Positions 21,195-31,810 of a stretch of DNA of 64,000 bases are shown here, piece by piece (within the stretch, counting starts at the first letter, position 1; each line of letters begins with the position of its first letter). This DNA is from an archaeon BMS3Abin17 (GTDB lineage Archaea > Nanobdellota > Nanobdellia > Pacearchaeales > GW2011-AR1). The notes beneath the pieces were generated by a model that searched no databases, was not told where the DNA came from, and worked only from the letters and a program-made list of their open reading frames with translations. Location: assembly GCA_002897655.1 (NCBI GenBank), contig BDTJ01000038.1:1957-65956 (forward strand). The letters run 5' to 3'. Position numbers and translations under genes: made by a program.

Positions 21195-21401
21195 AAACCC
21201 TTAAAGAAAAAAGGGTTTATAAAATTAATTGAAAAAAAAATATCATTTTATTTTGATTAAAAATTTTGTTGATTATATTTATTATCAGGCATTTCTTGGG
21301 CTTTCAAAGATTGGACCAAGGTCAATTTATCCAAATCATTAACTCCTAATCTCCCTCAACCTTTTCCTTTTTTCTTCTTTCATTCATGAGAAATCATTTT
21401 C

Positions 21402-24400
21402 CTAAACCCACTTATCCAAGCCCTCTTGCTTTTCTGATTCCCTTCCAAAAATGCTATCAATATATCTTTTTGTTAATTCTAAATTCTGTCTCATGTATTT
21501 AGAGAGATTATACTTCTTAGCAAGGTCTAATGCAGGCTCTAGATATTTTCTTATTCCTCCCTCGTGGATTGTAAAAATTATTTTTCCCTTGCATTTAGGG
21601 CAAACCCCTGTTAAGGGAGGCCTTCTTAATATTTCATTGCATCCAACACATCTAAACTCCTGCATGGAAAATTTCCTCAAATTACCTTTCATATCTTTTA
21701 TAAAATGTCTTTCAATAATCAATCTTACAGTATCTGAAGTATCTGCTGCACGGACTCTTTCAACAAAACCCATCTGGTGCTGGACTTTTTCCTGCATTGT
21801 TGCAAGCAATTTGTAAGAAGAGCAAACAACCCCCTCATTAAAATCAGATGTATCATGAGTAAACCCAAAACCAGTAAAAGGATTTTTTTCTTGTTTCAAG
21901 ATTTGCCTAACATTATTTATTTTTACTTCAGAAGAATGTTTTCTTTGCTCAGCAAGCCTGTAAAGCTCAAGAGGATATTCATTTACAAACTCAAAATCAA
22001 GTATCTGGTCATCAACCTCTCCTGCATCAATCTTTGCATTTAGAACAAGAGGAGCATCCTGTGTTCCTCCCCTATGACTTGGCAAAAATTTTCTGGAAAA
22101 ATTTAACAGAACATCTCCCAAAAGCATGAGTGCAGCCTCGTCTCCATCACAATTATGAACAAGAATCTCATTGGCAAAAAAATTATGCTCTTCATCCACA
22201 TTAAAGCAATAGCTTTCCCTTTCCCCTAATTCTTCAATTTTCATAATTCTCGGATAAGCATAATTTTCATCGAAATCAATTCTCATTCCTCTTGGACTTT
22301 TCTGAATAAGCTCTGCTAAAATGCTCTTTTTCCTCTCTGAAATAAATCCTATCTGTTCAAACTTTTTGACAAAATTAGAAGGGATTGTTATCTTAGTTAT
22401 TTTAAATTTAGGAATTTCTCTGTTTTTCTTTATATAAAATTCACTAACTCTGTATCCTGGTTCTTTCTCATATTCATAAAATTTTGTAAAAATTCCAAAT
22501 CTTGATAAAACAAAACTTAAATCATGTTTTAATCCCTCGCTTACTGTATCACAGACCACCCTTGTATCACTTAAACTCACGCTTCCATCACCCTCAAAAT
22601 AACCTCTTAGCAATGCAGATAATTTCTCTTTATCTAAATCTAAAAATAAACTAGGAATTCTCTTATTTTTTGCGCCACTACTTAATCCAAGATAATCCTT
22701 AAATATTTCGTAAACAATCCTTGATGAAAAAGTTAAATGATCCTCATGGTTTTCGCTAGGTATTAAATTAAAATGAGATTTGAAAACATCCTTAATCAAT
22801 TCCTGAACTTCATTATTTGTGGCAGCAATAGAAACCTGATAAAAGCCTTTTTGAGAATTATTTTCTCTGATAAACCCTTCAGCAACGTATAATCCTAAAA
22901 CTTCCAACAATTTTTTATCAAAAGAAATTCTAATTGGAAGAGGAACATTATCTCTTTTAATAACTATTTTAACACTATTAGGTAAATCTTTCAATGTTTT
23001 TCCATATTTATTTAAAAATTCTTCGACAAAAATGATAGGAAAACTATCTCTCTGCCAAAAATTGTCATTTTTATTCAATCTCTCAAAAGAACCTAAATAA
23101 TCCTTGATATTTCTAAGCATTATATCTTTTCGTCCTCTAAAAATGTCTGGTAAAAAAATGTCTTTAATATCCTTTTCCTGAATATTTTTCTTGTAACCAA
23201 CCATTAATTTGTCTCCTTCCTGCAGTTGAAAGGCTCTTTTTTCTTTTTTCCCTTTAAGATATACTTTATGATTTTCAGTTAAATCTATCTGCCTCCCATC
23301 TTCTGAATAAATTTTAAGTAATTTTGTGGGAGTGTGTTTGGTTATCTCTTTTATTTTTTTCTCTCCAGGATTGCTCCATGTAGAAATACCAGATATATTC
23401 TTCTTTAAAGTCCCAAAATTATCTGCCTTCTCCTCGGGATTTGCCTCGTCAATAAATTTTCCTATTTTTTCAATGCTCCATCTTCCATCTTTATTAATAG
23501 AAACATAATTACCATATCCTAAACAATCCCTCCTAATTGCTGCATGCATAAAAGGGCTTGCAAATAATCCAAGAGTGTTTGAGAATCCAATAAATCTGCA
23601 GATAACTCCTGCACAATTATGAGGGGCCATACAAACACCTAACTGTCCAACTAAATCTTCTCTTTTTCTAATATTGTAGTATGGTTTTAATCCATAAAAC
23701 TTTACAAGCAGATCGTCCACAAAAGTAGCAACTCTCATAAACACATCATCTGCTTTTTCGTCAGGAGATTTATTAGAACAGGGCAATATAACATCATGAG
23801 GCATTAATTCCATTATTTGCTCGTCATTGACAAGAGGTTTTCCGTGTATGTCTTCTTCATATCCTAACTCTTTAAGCTTCTCAATACTGACAGAAATCTC
23901 TTTTGGCTTAAAAGACGTTAAAGGTAATTCAGTTGCATCAAATCTTATTGTCCCGTCTTTATTAACCTGCAGCCCATACATGGCTCTTAAAACTCCTTTT
24001 GCAAGAGATTCCACTTTATGCTCTGCTGACGAAGTTCCCCGGATTCCCTTAATCAAAAGAGGGATTTCTGTTTTATCAAGCCCAAGTTTTTCAATAGCTT
24101 TTTCAAGATAATGACCAATCCCTAAATCCTGTGCGCAATAAGTTTGCACTCTTTTGTGCTCCTCGCAGGGTTTTGAGGATTTTTCCCTGCACTCAAAACA
24201 ATAATACCCTCCTTCAGATTTATTCCCACAATTCTCACAGATCGGATAAATAGTATCTTTTTTGCACTTGCTGCAATAATAAATAGGAAAAGAGCTTTTT
24301 ACACTCCCAACTTCACAGGCAGTCTGAACACTTCTTAATCTTCCTCCCTCATTACCTACTGGAAACAAAACATTCGGGCTTCCTGCTAATTTTCTTACTT

Positions 24401-26234
24401 TTGCCTTTTCAGGCCTTCCCATCCTTGCTCCGATAAAATCCCCTGCCTTGTCCTTTATCTTAAATTCAGAAACAGAGTTGATTATTTCTAAAATCGGTTT
24501 ATCTGATTTGAATCTTTCTTCATCAATATGCTCTTTTAATATATTATTTTTATCAACTAAATTAAAATCAACCCCAAGATTTGCAAGCAAGGCCTTGCTG
24601 TTTTCCCTGCTTATCACAACATTCTCAATTGTTACTTCATGTTCTACCCCTAATAATTCAAGTGCTCTTTTTCCCCTCTTAAATTTCTCTTGCTCAGTCT
24701 GATTAAAAGGGAAGATAATTTTATTATCTGTTTTTGAATGTTTTAGCCAGTCTAATAATCCTAAAACCTGTTCTTTTGAAATCTCTGTCCAATAAAATAT
24801 AAATTTTGGGTGAAGAGGAATCTTATATTTCCTGCTTATTTCAACAGCTTTCTCAAAAGAAACCTCATAAAAATTAATTTCTTTTTCTAGTTCAGGATTT
24901 TTCTCCCGAAGTTCCAGACCCCACCACTCCTCTACATAACCTGGTTTTATCAAATCAGAATTCCTGTTGCTCAGGTCGCTAAAAGGAAATAAAATATCTC
25001 CAAGGTAAATTATCTCTTCAACATCTGGATAAAGTTTTTTTGCTTCTTCCATGCTTTCAAGTTTCTTAACACTTCCATTAAACAACTTTATTATAGGGCC
25101 ATCAATAAGGTCGCAGGTAGTTACAGCACAGCCTTTTGTGGGTTTTTCTAACTTTAATTGTGTCCCAATTGCAATAAAACCATCTGTCATTGCCATGGTG
25201 GCAGGATGTATTGACGCCGCACTAAATCCACTTACCCTTCCTCTCCCATATCTAAACCTAAATCCCCCTGATCTTGAAGGATGCCCAAAAATAGGTCTTC
25301 CGGCAACTAAATCCTTTATATAAGTTGGAGAATCATCTGTATCTCCTAAATCTCTTTTTTCATGCAATTTAATATATTCTTCTAAAAAATCAAAACCTGT
25401 TGAATTTATTCCTTTTTTCTTTGCCCGGGCCAATAACCTAAACCCTTTTGCTGCTTTTTGCGCAAGCCCTTCTGAAAAAATAAGGCACATCCCCCCTCTT
25501 ATATTATTTGTTTCAACTCTGCCTAAATTTTTATAATTAGAAACTTCTAATTTTTCAGTTTGCTCTCCAGAAATTTGGATAGGGAGATTTTTAGCTAAAA
25601 AATACATTTCCTCTTCAGTGGGAAAATACTGAAGATTAGTTATCCTCTCATGATAATCTGTATTTTCAGCAATATATCTTTTAATTTCTTCTTCACTAGG
25701 GTCATATTTTGCAAACCCAAAGGATTCTCTAAGGTAATCAATCAGCATCAATACAACACAACTTGCAGTAGTTCCTGCAGAACGAATTGGTCCTGAAAAA
25801 TAAGCTATAAAATACTCCTTTCCTTCCCTTGTTTTTCCAAGTTTTAGTTCAGTAAACCCCTCTATAGGAGAAGAGACAACCCCCAGAGTAGTATATGCAA
25901 AACCAACTCTTATTCCTGCTTCAATTGATTCCAACAAACTGGCAAACTTACAGAATTTTTGTTTTGATACTTCTTCTGCAATCTTAAAGGAAACCATAAT
26001 ATCCAACTTCCCATACTCTTTTTCAAGCTCAAGAATTCTTTCTGCAATTTTAGAGCCCTGCATTTGAGGATATAGTGTTGAAATTAACCCCACAACTTTT
26101 TCAGCCATTGTCATTGCAAGTGGAATCTCTACTTTATCCACAGGGTCTAATCCTTGTTTCCTCGCTTCCTCACAAACAGCATAGACACTCTTAACCTGTT
26201 TCTCAAGATCTTTGAAATATTTTTTGGGGTTCAT
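21402..26234 (-). CDS. polC: DNA polymerase II (PolD) large subunit DP2, containing an intein
   Basis: 1610 aa. The two-barrel DP2 regions are conserved, with Cys-cluster Zn fingers (CSKCKK...CENCG, CVGCNE...CPKC). Without the intein the extein is about 1152 aa. Confidence 0.9.
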   Translation of the reverse strand: MNPKKYFKDLEKQVKSVYAVCEEARKQGLDPVDKVEIPLAMTMAEKVVGLISTLYPQMQGSKIAERILELEKEYGKLDIMVSFKIAEEVSKQKFCKFASLLESIEAGIRVGFAYTTLGVVSSPIEGFTELKLGKTREGKEYFIAYFSGPIRSAGTTASCVVLMLIDYLRESFGFAKYDPSEEEIKRYIAENTDYHERITNLQYFPTEEEMYFLAKNLPIQISGEQTEKLEVSNYKNLGRVETNNIRGGMCLIFSEGLAQKAAKGFRLLARAKKKGINSTGFDFLEEYIKLHEKRDLGDTDDSPTYIKDLVAGRPIFGHPSRSGGFRFRYGRGRVSGFSAASIHPATMAMTDGFIAIGTQLKLEKPTKGCAVTTCDLIDGPIIKLFNGSVKKLESMEEAKKLYPDVEEIIYLGDILFPFSDLSNRNSDLIKPGYVEEWWGLELREKNPELEKEINFYEVSFEKAVEISRKYKIPLHPKFIFYWTEISKEQVLGLLDWLKHSKTDNKIIFPFNQTEQEKFKRGKRALELLGVEHEVTIENVVISRENSKALLANLGVDFNLVDKNNILKEHIDEERFKSDKPILEIINSVSEFKIKDKAGDFIGARMGRPEKAKVRKLAGSPNVLFPVGNEGGRLRSVQTACEVGSVKSSFPIYYCSKCKKDTIYPICENCGNKSEGGYYCFECREKSSKPCEEHKRVQTYCAQDLGIGHYLEKAIEKLGLDKTEIPLLIKGIRGTSSAEHKVESLAKGVLRAMYGLQVNKDGTIRFDATELPLTSFKPKEISVSIEKLKELGYEEDIHGKPLVNDEQIMELMPHDVILPCSNKSPDEKADDVFMRVATFVDDLLVKFYGLKPYYNIRKREDLVGQLGVCMAPHNCAGVICRFIGFSNTLGLFASPFMHAAIRRDCLGYGNYVSINKDGRWSIEKIGKFIDEANPEEKADNFGTLKKNISGISTWSNPGEKKIKEITKHTPTKLLKIYSEDGRQIDLTENHKVYLKGKKEKRAFQLQEGDKLMVGYKKNIQEKDIKDIFLPDIFRGRKDIMLRNIKDYLGSFERLNKNDNFWQRDSFPIIFVEEFLNKYGKTLKDLPNSVKIVIKRDNVPLPIRISFDKKLLEVLGLYVAEGFIRENNSQKGFYQVSIAATNNEVQELIKDVFKSHFNLIPSENHEDHLTFSSRIVYEIFKDYLGLSSGAKNKRIPSLFLDLDKEKLSALLRGYFEGDGSVSLSDTRVVCDTVSEGLKHDLSFVLSRFGIFTKFYEYEKEPGYRVSEFYIKKNREIPKFKITKITIPSNFVKKFEQIGFISERKKSILAELIQKSPRGMRIDFDENYAYPRIMKIEELGERESYCFNVDEEHNFFANEILVHNCDGDEAALMLLGDVLLNFSRKFLPSHRGGTQDAPLVLNAKIDAGEVDDQILDFEFVNEYPLELYRLAEQRKHSSEVKINNVRQILKQEKNPFTGFGFTHDTSDFNEGVVCSSYKLLATMQEKVQHQMGFVERVRAADTSDTVRLIIERHFIKDMKGNLRKFSMQEFRCVGCNEILRRPPLTGVCPKCKGKIIFTIHEGGIRKYLEPALDLAKKYNLSKYMRQNLELTKRYIDSIFGRESEKQEGLDKWV
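22152..23525 (-). mobile_element. Intein (458 aa) with a LAGLIDADG homing-endonuclease domain inside DP2
   Basis: The insert starts with Cys after ...FMHAAIRRD and ends ...ILVHN followed by CDGDEAA. Internal LAGLIDADG motifs LLEVLGLYVAEGFI and LLRGYFEGDGSV. Junction codons were checked on the nucleotide sequence. Confidence 0.85.
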
Positions 26235-26238
26235 TTTT

Positions 26239-26799
26239 TTATTTTAACAATAGCATTGCTGCATTGTATTTTGGTTTGATTAAATTTTGGGCTTCTGAAG
26301 AGATTTTATTATATGAGCGGATTAACTTCTCTCTTACCTCATCTTGAGCTTCTCCTTGGTTTTTATTCTCATATAGAAAGGCTGCCATAAAAATACCAGA
26401 TATATTATCAAAATGAGTCATGGCGTCTGCATCTGCAACTATCTGAGCCTCACGAGATTTTCTCTTATTCAACTGAGAACCCCTATGATTCAAAATGCAG
26501 TGTTTAACTCTTTCTATTTTTTCCTTAGAATAATTTAATTCTTTTAGTTTTTTTTCTGCAATTTTGGCAGAAGTTAGATGATGGTCATCTCTTCCAAAAA
26601 TTATTGACCCCACATCATGCAACCATGCTGCTAATTCAACTATTTCGACATCTGCCTTAAATTTTTCTGCTAAAAGTTTTGAGTATTTATGTACAAGAAC
26701 AAAATGAAAAGGATAGATCTCATAGCCATACTTGCTACTAGGTTTTTTGCACTCTTCTTCTACAAATTTTCTGATTTGCTCTACAATATTTTCATCCAT
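26239..26799 (-). CDS. HD-domain phosphohydrolase
   Basis: HD motif AAWLHDVGS; 186 aa. Confidence 0.6.
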   Translation of the reverse strand: MDENIVEQIRKFVEEECKKPSSKYGYEIYPFHFVLVHKYSKLLAEKFKADVEIVELAAWLHDVGSIIFGRDDHHLTSAKIAEKKLKELNYSKEKIERVKHCILNHRGSQLNKRKSREAQIVADADAMTHFDNISGIFMAAFLYENKNQGEAQDEVREKLIRSYNKISSEAQNLIKPKYNAAMLLLK

Positions 26800-26801
26800 T
26801 T

Positions 26802-28388
26802 TTATTCAAAATCCAGCATTTTAACAGCTCTTGTTTTTAAATTGAACATTGGCACCTTGCAATGATCTGGTTCATTTCCAAATTTCTCCTGATAAGGTGT
26901 TTTTTCTTCCCAAGAAGAACTTGAGATAAGTAAAATATTATTATAATAAGATACAGCGCTTTTGTGTGTGTGCCCTGCAAAAAAGATATCCGGAACTTGT
27001 CTTATAAGATGGGAGTCAAGCTTGCTTGGAAAATACTGGGCAGAGGTATGTGCAGGAGCCAGATGCCTGTTCTTTAAAAGATAGCTCATGATTTTTTCAG
27101 GAGCATTCATCACTTTTTCAGCCATTAGTTTTGGGATTGTGTTTGCATAATAGGGAAAAGAAAATCCATGATAAGTCAGAACATTAAACCCTGGAAAATC
27201 CTTTACAGCCCCTATATTTACTGTTGCAGGATTTTCTGTAAGAATTACATTTTTTAGATTATATAATGGCCAGGCATATTTTTCATCTAGCAAAGGCTGT
27301 GGCTCCATTAATCTTACACAATCATGATTTCCAGGGGAAATGATTATCTTAACATCTCTTCTTATCTTACTTAACAATTCTGAAACCATTATAAACTGCT
27401 CTTCTAAATCCTTTATTTTCAGGTCTTTTTCTTGGCCAGGGTAATTCCCAACACCTGTAACAAGGTCACCCACAATAAACAAATACTTTATTTTTTCAGA
27501 TTCAGGTGTATTTGGAACTTTGTTGTTGAGATAATCAATTAATTTGAGAAAATTCCCTTCTAAGAATTTTTTGCTTCCAAAATGCAAGTCCCCTATAAAC
27601 AAAACATGCTCTTCAACAGGGGATTTTTTTCTTTCAAATATTACAGAGTCTGGGAATACAATCTCCTTGGCAAAAAGAATCTCTCTTTTACCAGAGCCAT
27701 TAACCCCAATTACAGAATCAAGTGCAACATCCTCTGCTTTTTTGTAAAGTTCCTGATTGTTGCTGTTAATAAAAATCTTTGTTTTTCCAGTTAAATCTTC
27801 AACCTCAAGGAGAATATTCTTGTTCTTACTTACTCTTTTATCAGAAACCATTCCAATAATAGAGATTCCTCTTCTGTCTCCTGAAATCTTGTTTATAGAG
27901 ACAAGATTATCCAGTGCATAATGATTCTGAAGGATGTTTTTCATCTCAATAAATCTGTTTTTGAAGGAATCTAAAAAATCACTAACTCCTAATTTTTTTG
28001 GCTTTGAAAAATAAGTTGTTAGAACCTTTACCTTCTCTATATAAGCGCCCAATTCATTTGTAATCTCTGTTTTTTCAGGTTCATTGATTTTTGTAATCTC
28101 TGTTGAAACTTCTTTTGAAATTTTTATGCTTAATCCCAGCTGAATTTTTAATTTCTCTAATTTTTTCTGGTTTTCCTCAGGCAAGTCAGAAAAAAACTGA
28201 TTCACAGTTTCCTTATTCTCATTAAAAAGTTTTTTTGTGATTAGTCTTTTTTGGGTGTGGTTTTTTATCTTTTCTATAATAACTTTAACACTTTCAACAT
28301 CCCCTGTTTCACTAAATAAACTCAAAACCTCTTCATCAACTAACAAGCCTTTTTCTATACAAAATTTTAACAGTTCCGGGGTATTCAT
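26802..28388 (-). CDS. polB: DNA polymerase II (PolD) small subunit DP1
   Basis: Calcineurin-like phosphoesterase motifs GDLHFGS and GNHD. N-terminal OB-like region. Lies next to DP2. Confidence 0.85.
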   Translation of the reverse strand: MNTPELLKFCIEKGLLVDEEVLSLFSETGDVESVKVIIEKIKNHTQKRLITKKLFNENKETVNQFFSDLPEENQKKLEKLKIQLGLSIKISKEVSTEITKINEPEKTEITNELGAYIEKVKVLTTYFSKPKKLGVSDFLDSFKNRFIEMKNILQNHYALDNLVSINKISGDRRGISIIGMVSDKRVSKNKNILLEVEDLTGKTKIFINSNNQELYKKAEDVALDSVIGVNGSGKREILFAKEIVFPDSVIFERKKSPVEEHVLFIGDLHFGSKKFLEGNFLKLIDYLNNKVPNTPESEKIKYLFIVGDLVTGVGNYPGQEKDLKIKDLEEQFIMVSELLSKIRRDVKIIISPGNHDCVRLMEPQPLLDEKYAWPLYNLKNVILTENPATVNIGAVKDFPGFNVLTYHGFSFPYYANTIPKLMAEKVMNAPEKIMSYLLKNRHLAPAHTSAQYFPSKLDSHLIRQVPDIFFAGHTHKSAVSYYNNILLISSSSWEEKTPYQEKFGNEPDHCKVPMFNLKTRAVKMLDFE

Positions 28389-28529
28389 TTTTTTGTTTTT
28401 TTGTTTTATTTTAAAAAATTAATGCTCAAAACCGCGAAAATCATTGATTTTCGTAGCACCAAAAACTGAAAGTTTTTTAGTGTTTTTAATTTTGTTGTAT
28501 TCATTTTTTACAATTTCACAGTGTTTATC

Positions 28530-28955
28530 TTAAGTTAATATAAAATCTTTTACTTCATTTAATTCTTCTTTATTTAAATCTGTGAAAATTTCTTTTTCAT
28601 AAATCTGTGATTTTTTATAAAGTTCGTCTTCAAACCCTCTGGGGATTAAATGAAAATGCAGGTGATTTACCTTTAATTTGCTTTGAGGGAGAAATGGGCG
28701 ATAATTCTGGCATATATCCACTCCCCTAAATTTTTTTAATAATAGTAATTGCGTTTTGATTAACTGATTGAATATTTCTTTTTTTTCGTCATCTGTTAAT
28801 TCTGAAATGTTTTCTACATGTCTCTTAGGCACTATTAAGCAATGTGCTTTGGCCAATGCAGGATTGCTCAGGATAGTTAAGGTGTTTGGAGTTTCATCTA
28901 TAATAATCTCCCTGTCTCTATCTTCAACATATTTACAAAAAGGACAATGACTCAT
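28530..28955 (-). CDS. HIT-family (histidine triad) protein
   Basis: Motif HLHFHLIPR (HxHxHxx). Confidence 0.7.
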   Translation of the reverse strand: MSHCPFCKYVEDRDREIIIDETPNTLTILSNPALAKAHCLIVPKRHVENISELTDDEKKEIFNQLIKTQLLLLKKFRGVDICQNYRPFLPQSKLKVNHLHFHLIPRGFEDELYKKSQIYEKEIFTDLNKEELNEVKDFILT

Positions 28956-28962
28956 TTTATTT

Positions 28963-30174
28963 TTATTTATAATTCAAAGAATTTTCAATGATTTCTTTTG
29001 CCTTCTTAAGGATGTTATCTGTTATTGCCAGCTTTATCTCTCTCATTCTTCCCCCTCTTCCTTTTGAAATAACAGTCACATTAATAACGCCCAGCATATC
29101 AAATTCCTGAATAATATCCCCTACTCTTCTCTGAGTAAGTACTTCTAATTTGTTTTTTGAACACAATTCCTGATAATAGTTATAAACATCTCCTGTAAAA
29201 ATAGGTTGTTTTTTATTTTTTTGAGACAGCTGAATAATAGAATATAGCACTAATTGAAATTGCTTTGGCTCTGAGCTAATAACATCTAAAATCTTGTCTC
29301 TTTCTATCTTGTTGTTTGCTTCATCCAAATACTTCATGAGAATTTTCTTGCTATTATCTCTCTCTGCTAGTTCTCCCGCAATTCTCAATAGATCCAGTGC
29401 TCTTCTTGCATCCCCATGCTCTCTTGCAGCATAAGCAGCGCATTTAGCAATAACCCCTTCCTGAACAACCCCCTCTTTAAAAGCATCTTTTGCCCTTTTT
29501 GTCAAAATCTTCTGTAATTGCAAGGCGTTATATGGGTGAAATACTATCTCTTCCTCTGAAAGTGAACTTCTGACCCGGGGGTCTAGACCATCTAAAAAAG
29601 TCAAATCATTACTAATTCCCACAATACACATTTGTGTTTTTGAAAGCTCTGTATTAAGCCTTGTGAGATTATACAAAAAATCACTTGAAATTTTCTTCAT
29701 GGTCTGGTCAATCTCATCTAAAATCAAGACAATCATTTGTTTTTCTGCATCAATAATCTCAATAAATTTGTTATACACAGATTCTGTTGGCAAACCTGTT
29801 GCAGGAACCTTCCCCCCCATCTTCTTAATTAATTCTGCGAGAATCCGATATTCTGTATCTGAAACTTTCTTTAATTTACAGTTCAGGTATTCTATTCTTA
29901 ATTTAAACCCTGCGCCTTCTTTTGTTCTTTTAAAAAGCTCATCCCTAACAAACTGGATTGAAAGGGTTTTCCCTGTTCCTGTCTTTCCGTAAAGAAACAA
30001 ATTGCTGGTTCTCTCGCCTTTTAAGACAGGAGCAAGTATAGAAGCTATCTGTTTAATCTGTTCCTCTCTATGAGGGATGCTCTCTGGCTGATAGTTTGCC
30101 TGCAAAATTGATTTGTTTTTAAAAAGTCCTTCCCTATTTACAGAGTCAAAGATCTCATTAAGCTCTTTTTCCAT
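28963..30174 (-). CDS. cdc6: Orc1/Cdc6 replication initiator
   Basis: Walker A LYGKTGTGKT, AAA+ core and a C-terminal winged helix. Confidence 0.9.
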   Translation of the reverse strand: MEKELNEIFDSVNREGLFKNKSILQANYQPESIPHREEQIKQIASILAPVLKGERTSNLFLYGKTGTGKTLSIQFVRDELFKRTKEGAGFKLRIEYLNCKLKKVSDTEYRILAELIKKMGGKVPATGLPTESVYNKFIEIIDAEKQMIVLILDEIDQTMKKISSDFLYNLTRLNTELSKTQMCIVGISNDLTFLDGLDPRVRSSLSEEEIVFHPYNALQLQKILTKRAKDAFKEGVVQEGVIAKCAAYAAREHGDARRALDLLRIAGELAERDNSKKILMKYLDEANNKIERDKILDVISSEPKQFQLVLYSIIQLSQKNKKQPIFTGDVYNYYQELCSKNKLEVLTQRRVGDIIQEFDMLGVINVTVISKGRGGRMREIKLAITDNILKKAKEIIENSLNYK

Positions 30175-30382
30175 TTCTCACACACCTTTATTTCCTATGA
30201 AACTACATAGATATTTAAATTTTTCAACGGTAAAAAATTAATTTATTATATAAAGAATTAGGACTACTCAAAAAGAAAGACACCACAATTTCTAATGGAA
30301 AAATGAAATTAATGGCCTAAAAAACATCTTGCTTATAATTTTATTTTCCTTGTATTATAATTATATAAAAAATATTTGTAAT

Positions 30383-30496
30383 ATCAAAAAGTCCTTGTGT
30401 TTTACCGCACCTTAAAAGGTGCGGTTTGTTTGGACTTTAGGATGTCCAAGGATTCATCCACACACTAAAGTGTGTGGTTTTCTCCAGGAATCCCTG
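30383..30496. repeat. Inverted repeat arm 1 (~110 bp) containing two hairpins
   Basis: The reverse complement is about 97% identical to 31811-31919. Internal palindromes ACCGCACCTTAAAAGGTGCGGT and CCACACACTAAAGTGTGTGG. Confidence 0.8.
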
Positions 30497-30567
30497 ACAT
30501 AAAACTTTGAAGTTTTCTTATTATATTAAATAAAAAGATATTGCTATTATAATTAAAAGATTTATTT

Positions 30568-30630
30568 ATTATTATATATATTATATTATATATATTATAT
30601 ATATTATATTATATATATTATATTATATAA
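30568..30630. repeat. AT microsatellite (TATATATTATAT units)
   Basis: Visible tandem repetition. Confidence 0.8.
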
Positions 30631-30809
30631 ATTTTTTTAAATAAAATAAAAAAATAAAAAACCAAAAATTTCTTTTTAAAGGTTTCCATATGAAACCAAG
30701 GGGTCTGTGTCTGAGCTTAAATCCACCTTGATCTAAAACCTCTTCGTAATATATACTCTCAAAACCTATATAATTTTACAGAAAAGTTTATAAAGATTTT
30801 TCTTCTGAG

Positions 30810-31076
30810 TTGGTTATGCAGAACAATAAGAACCCTTTTAGTGTTATTTCCGGAAAAATGATAGTAACCAAAGAGGGGAAAAGGCTTGGGTTTGTTAAAG
30901 ATATTACATTTGAAACTAAATCTGGAGAACTTATTAACCTGGTAGTAAAAGATTCTACCCCCTATACTAAAAACCTTAATTTAGAGAGGACCAGCTCAAA
31001 CGAACTTCTTATACCTTACAGTGCAATAATCGCTATAGGCGATTTTGTAATAGTCTCTGAAGAAGATTTGATTTGA
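30810..31076 (+). CDS. PRC-barrel-like small protein
   Basis: 88 aa; the GKRLGFVKDITFETKSGELINLVV pattern is typical of archaeal PRC-barrel proteins. Confidence 0.45.
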   Translation: MVMQNNKNPFSVISGKMIVTKEGKRLGFVKDITFETKSGELINLVVKDSTPYTKNLNLERTSSNELLIPYSAIIAIGDFVIVSEEDLI

Positions 31077-31156
31077 ATAAATAATCTTCTAAAACCCCTT
31101 TAACTCTCCATTAATAATATACAAATATTTAAAAACATAATTTTGATTAAAATTAA

Positions 31157-31570
31157 ATGAAACTCTTAGGATTTAATTTCACTAAAATAAGTGTTGAAAG
31201 ATTTTTAGATACTAGCGAAAACCTGAAAATTAATACAAATGTGGATATAGGAGAGATAAAAAAAATAAAAGAAGACATTTTCAAAGGCAAAGAAGACTTC
31301 ATGGGAGTAAAATTCACATTTACAGTTGATTATGATCCAAATATAGCAAAAATAGAATTAAAAGGGACGATTCTTCTTTCTGTAGATCCAAAAACTGCAA
31401 AAGATGTTCTAAAACAATGGGAAGAAAAGAAAATCCCTGAAAAATTCAAACTAGTAGTTTTTAATACAATCCTGAGAAAAGCAAATATAAAAGCCCTTCA
31501 ATTAGAAGAAGATATGGGCCTCCCTTTGCATATAACACTTCCTCATGTAAAGGCAGAGGATAAGAAATAA
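31157..31570 (+). CDS. Hypothetical protein
   Basis: 137-aa ORF. Confidence 0.35.
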   Translation: MKLLGFNFTKISVERFLDTSENLKINTNVDIGEIKKIKEDIFKGKEDFMGVKFTFTVDYDPNIAKIELKGTILLSVDPKTAKDVLKQWEEKKIPEKFKLVVFNTILRKANIKALQLEEDMGLPLHITLPHVKAEDKK

Positions 31571-31810
31571 TTCTATTGAATAATTATTTAAACAGTAACC
31601 GAATAACTAACCAGGAAGAAACAATCCAATGTATGGGAGAACAGGGGAGAAAAACCCCCATTTTTGAAAACTAGCAGAGCATGGAAAATATTCCTTTAGA
31701 GAAGATTTAAACCATCATTGTCGCTCAAAATGGGAAGCTAATTATTGCCGCTTTCTATTATGGATCAAAAAGAAATATCAATACGAGTTAAAAACATTTG
31801 TTATGCCAAG

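Larger units (their letters stand above)
30175..30800. promoter_or_regulatory. Candidate replication origin (oriC): ORB-like dyads with a G-string, an AT-rich unwinding element and a flanking inverted repeat
   Basis: Immediately upstream of cdc6. TTTCC(A)TATGAAAC dyads at 30190-30206 and 30681-30705, the latter followed by AAGGGGTC. AT microsatellite at 30568-30630. Confidence 0.5.

Noticed and set aside
21451-25323. Several 60-120-aa plus-strand ORFs
   Set aside because: All lie antisense within the DP2 gene, which has unambiguous homology.
30568-30630. AT microsatellite as a CRISPR-like or coding feature
   Set aside because: It is a simple low-complexity (TA-rich) tract, better explained as an unwinding element or a slippage tract.
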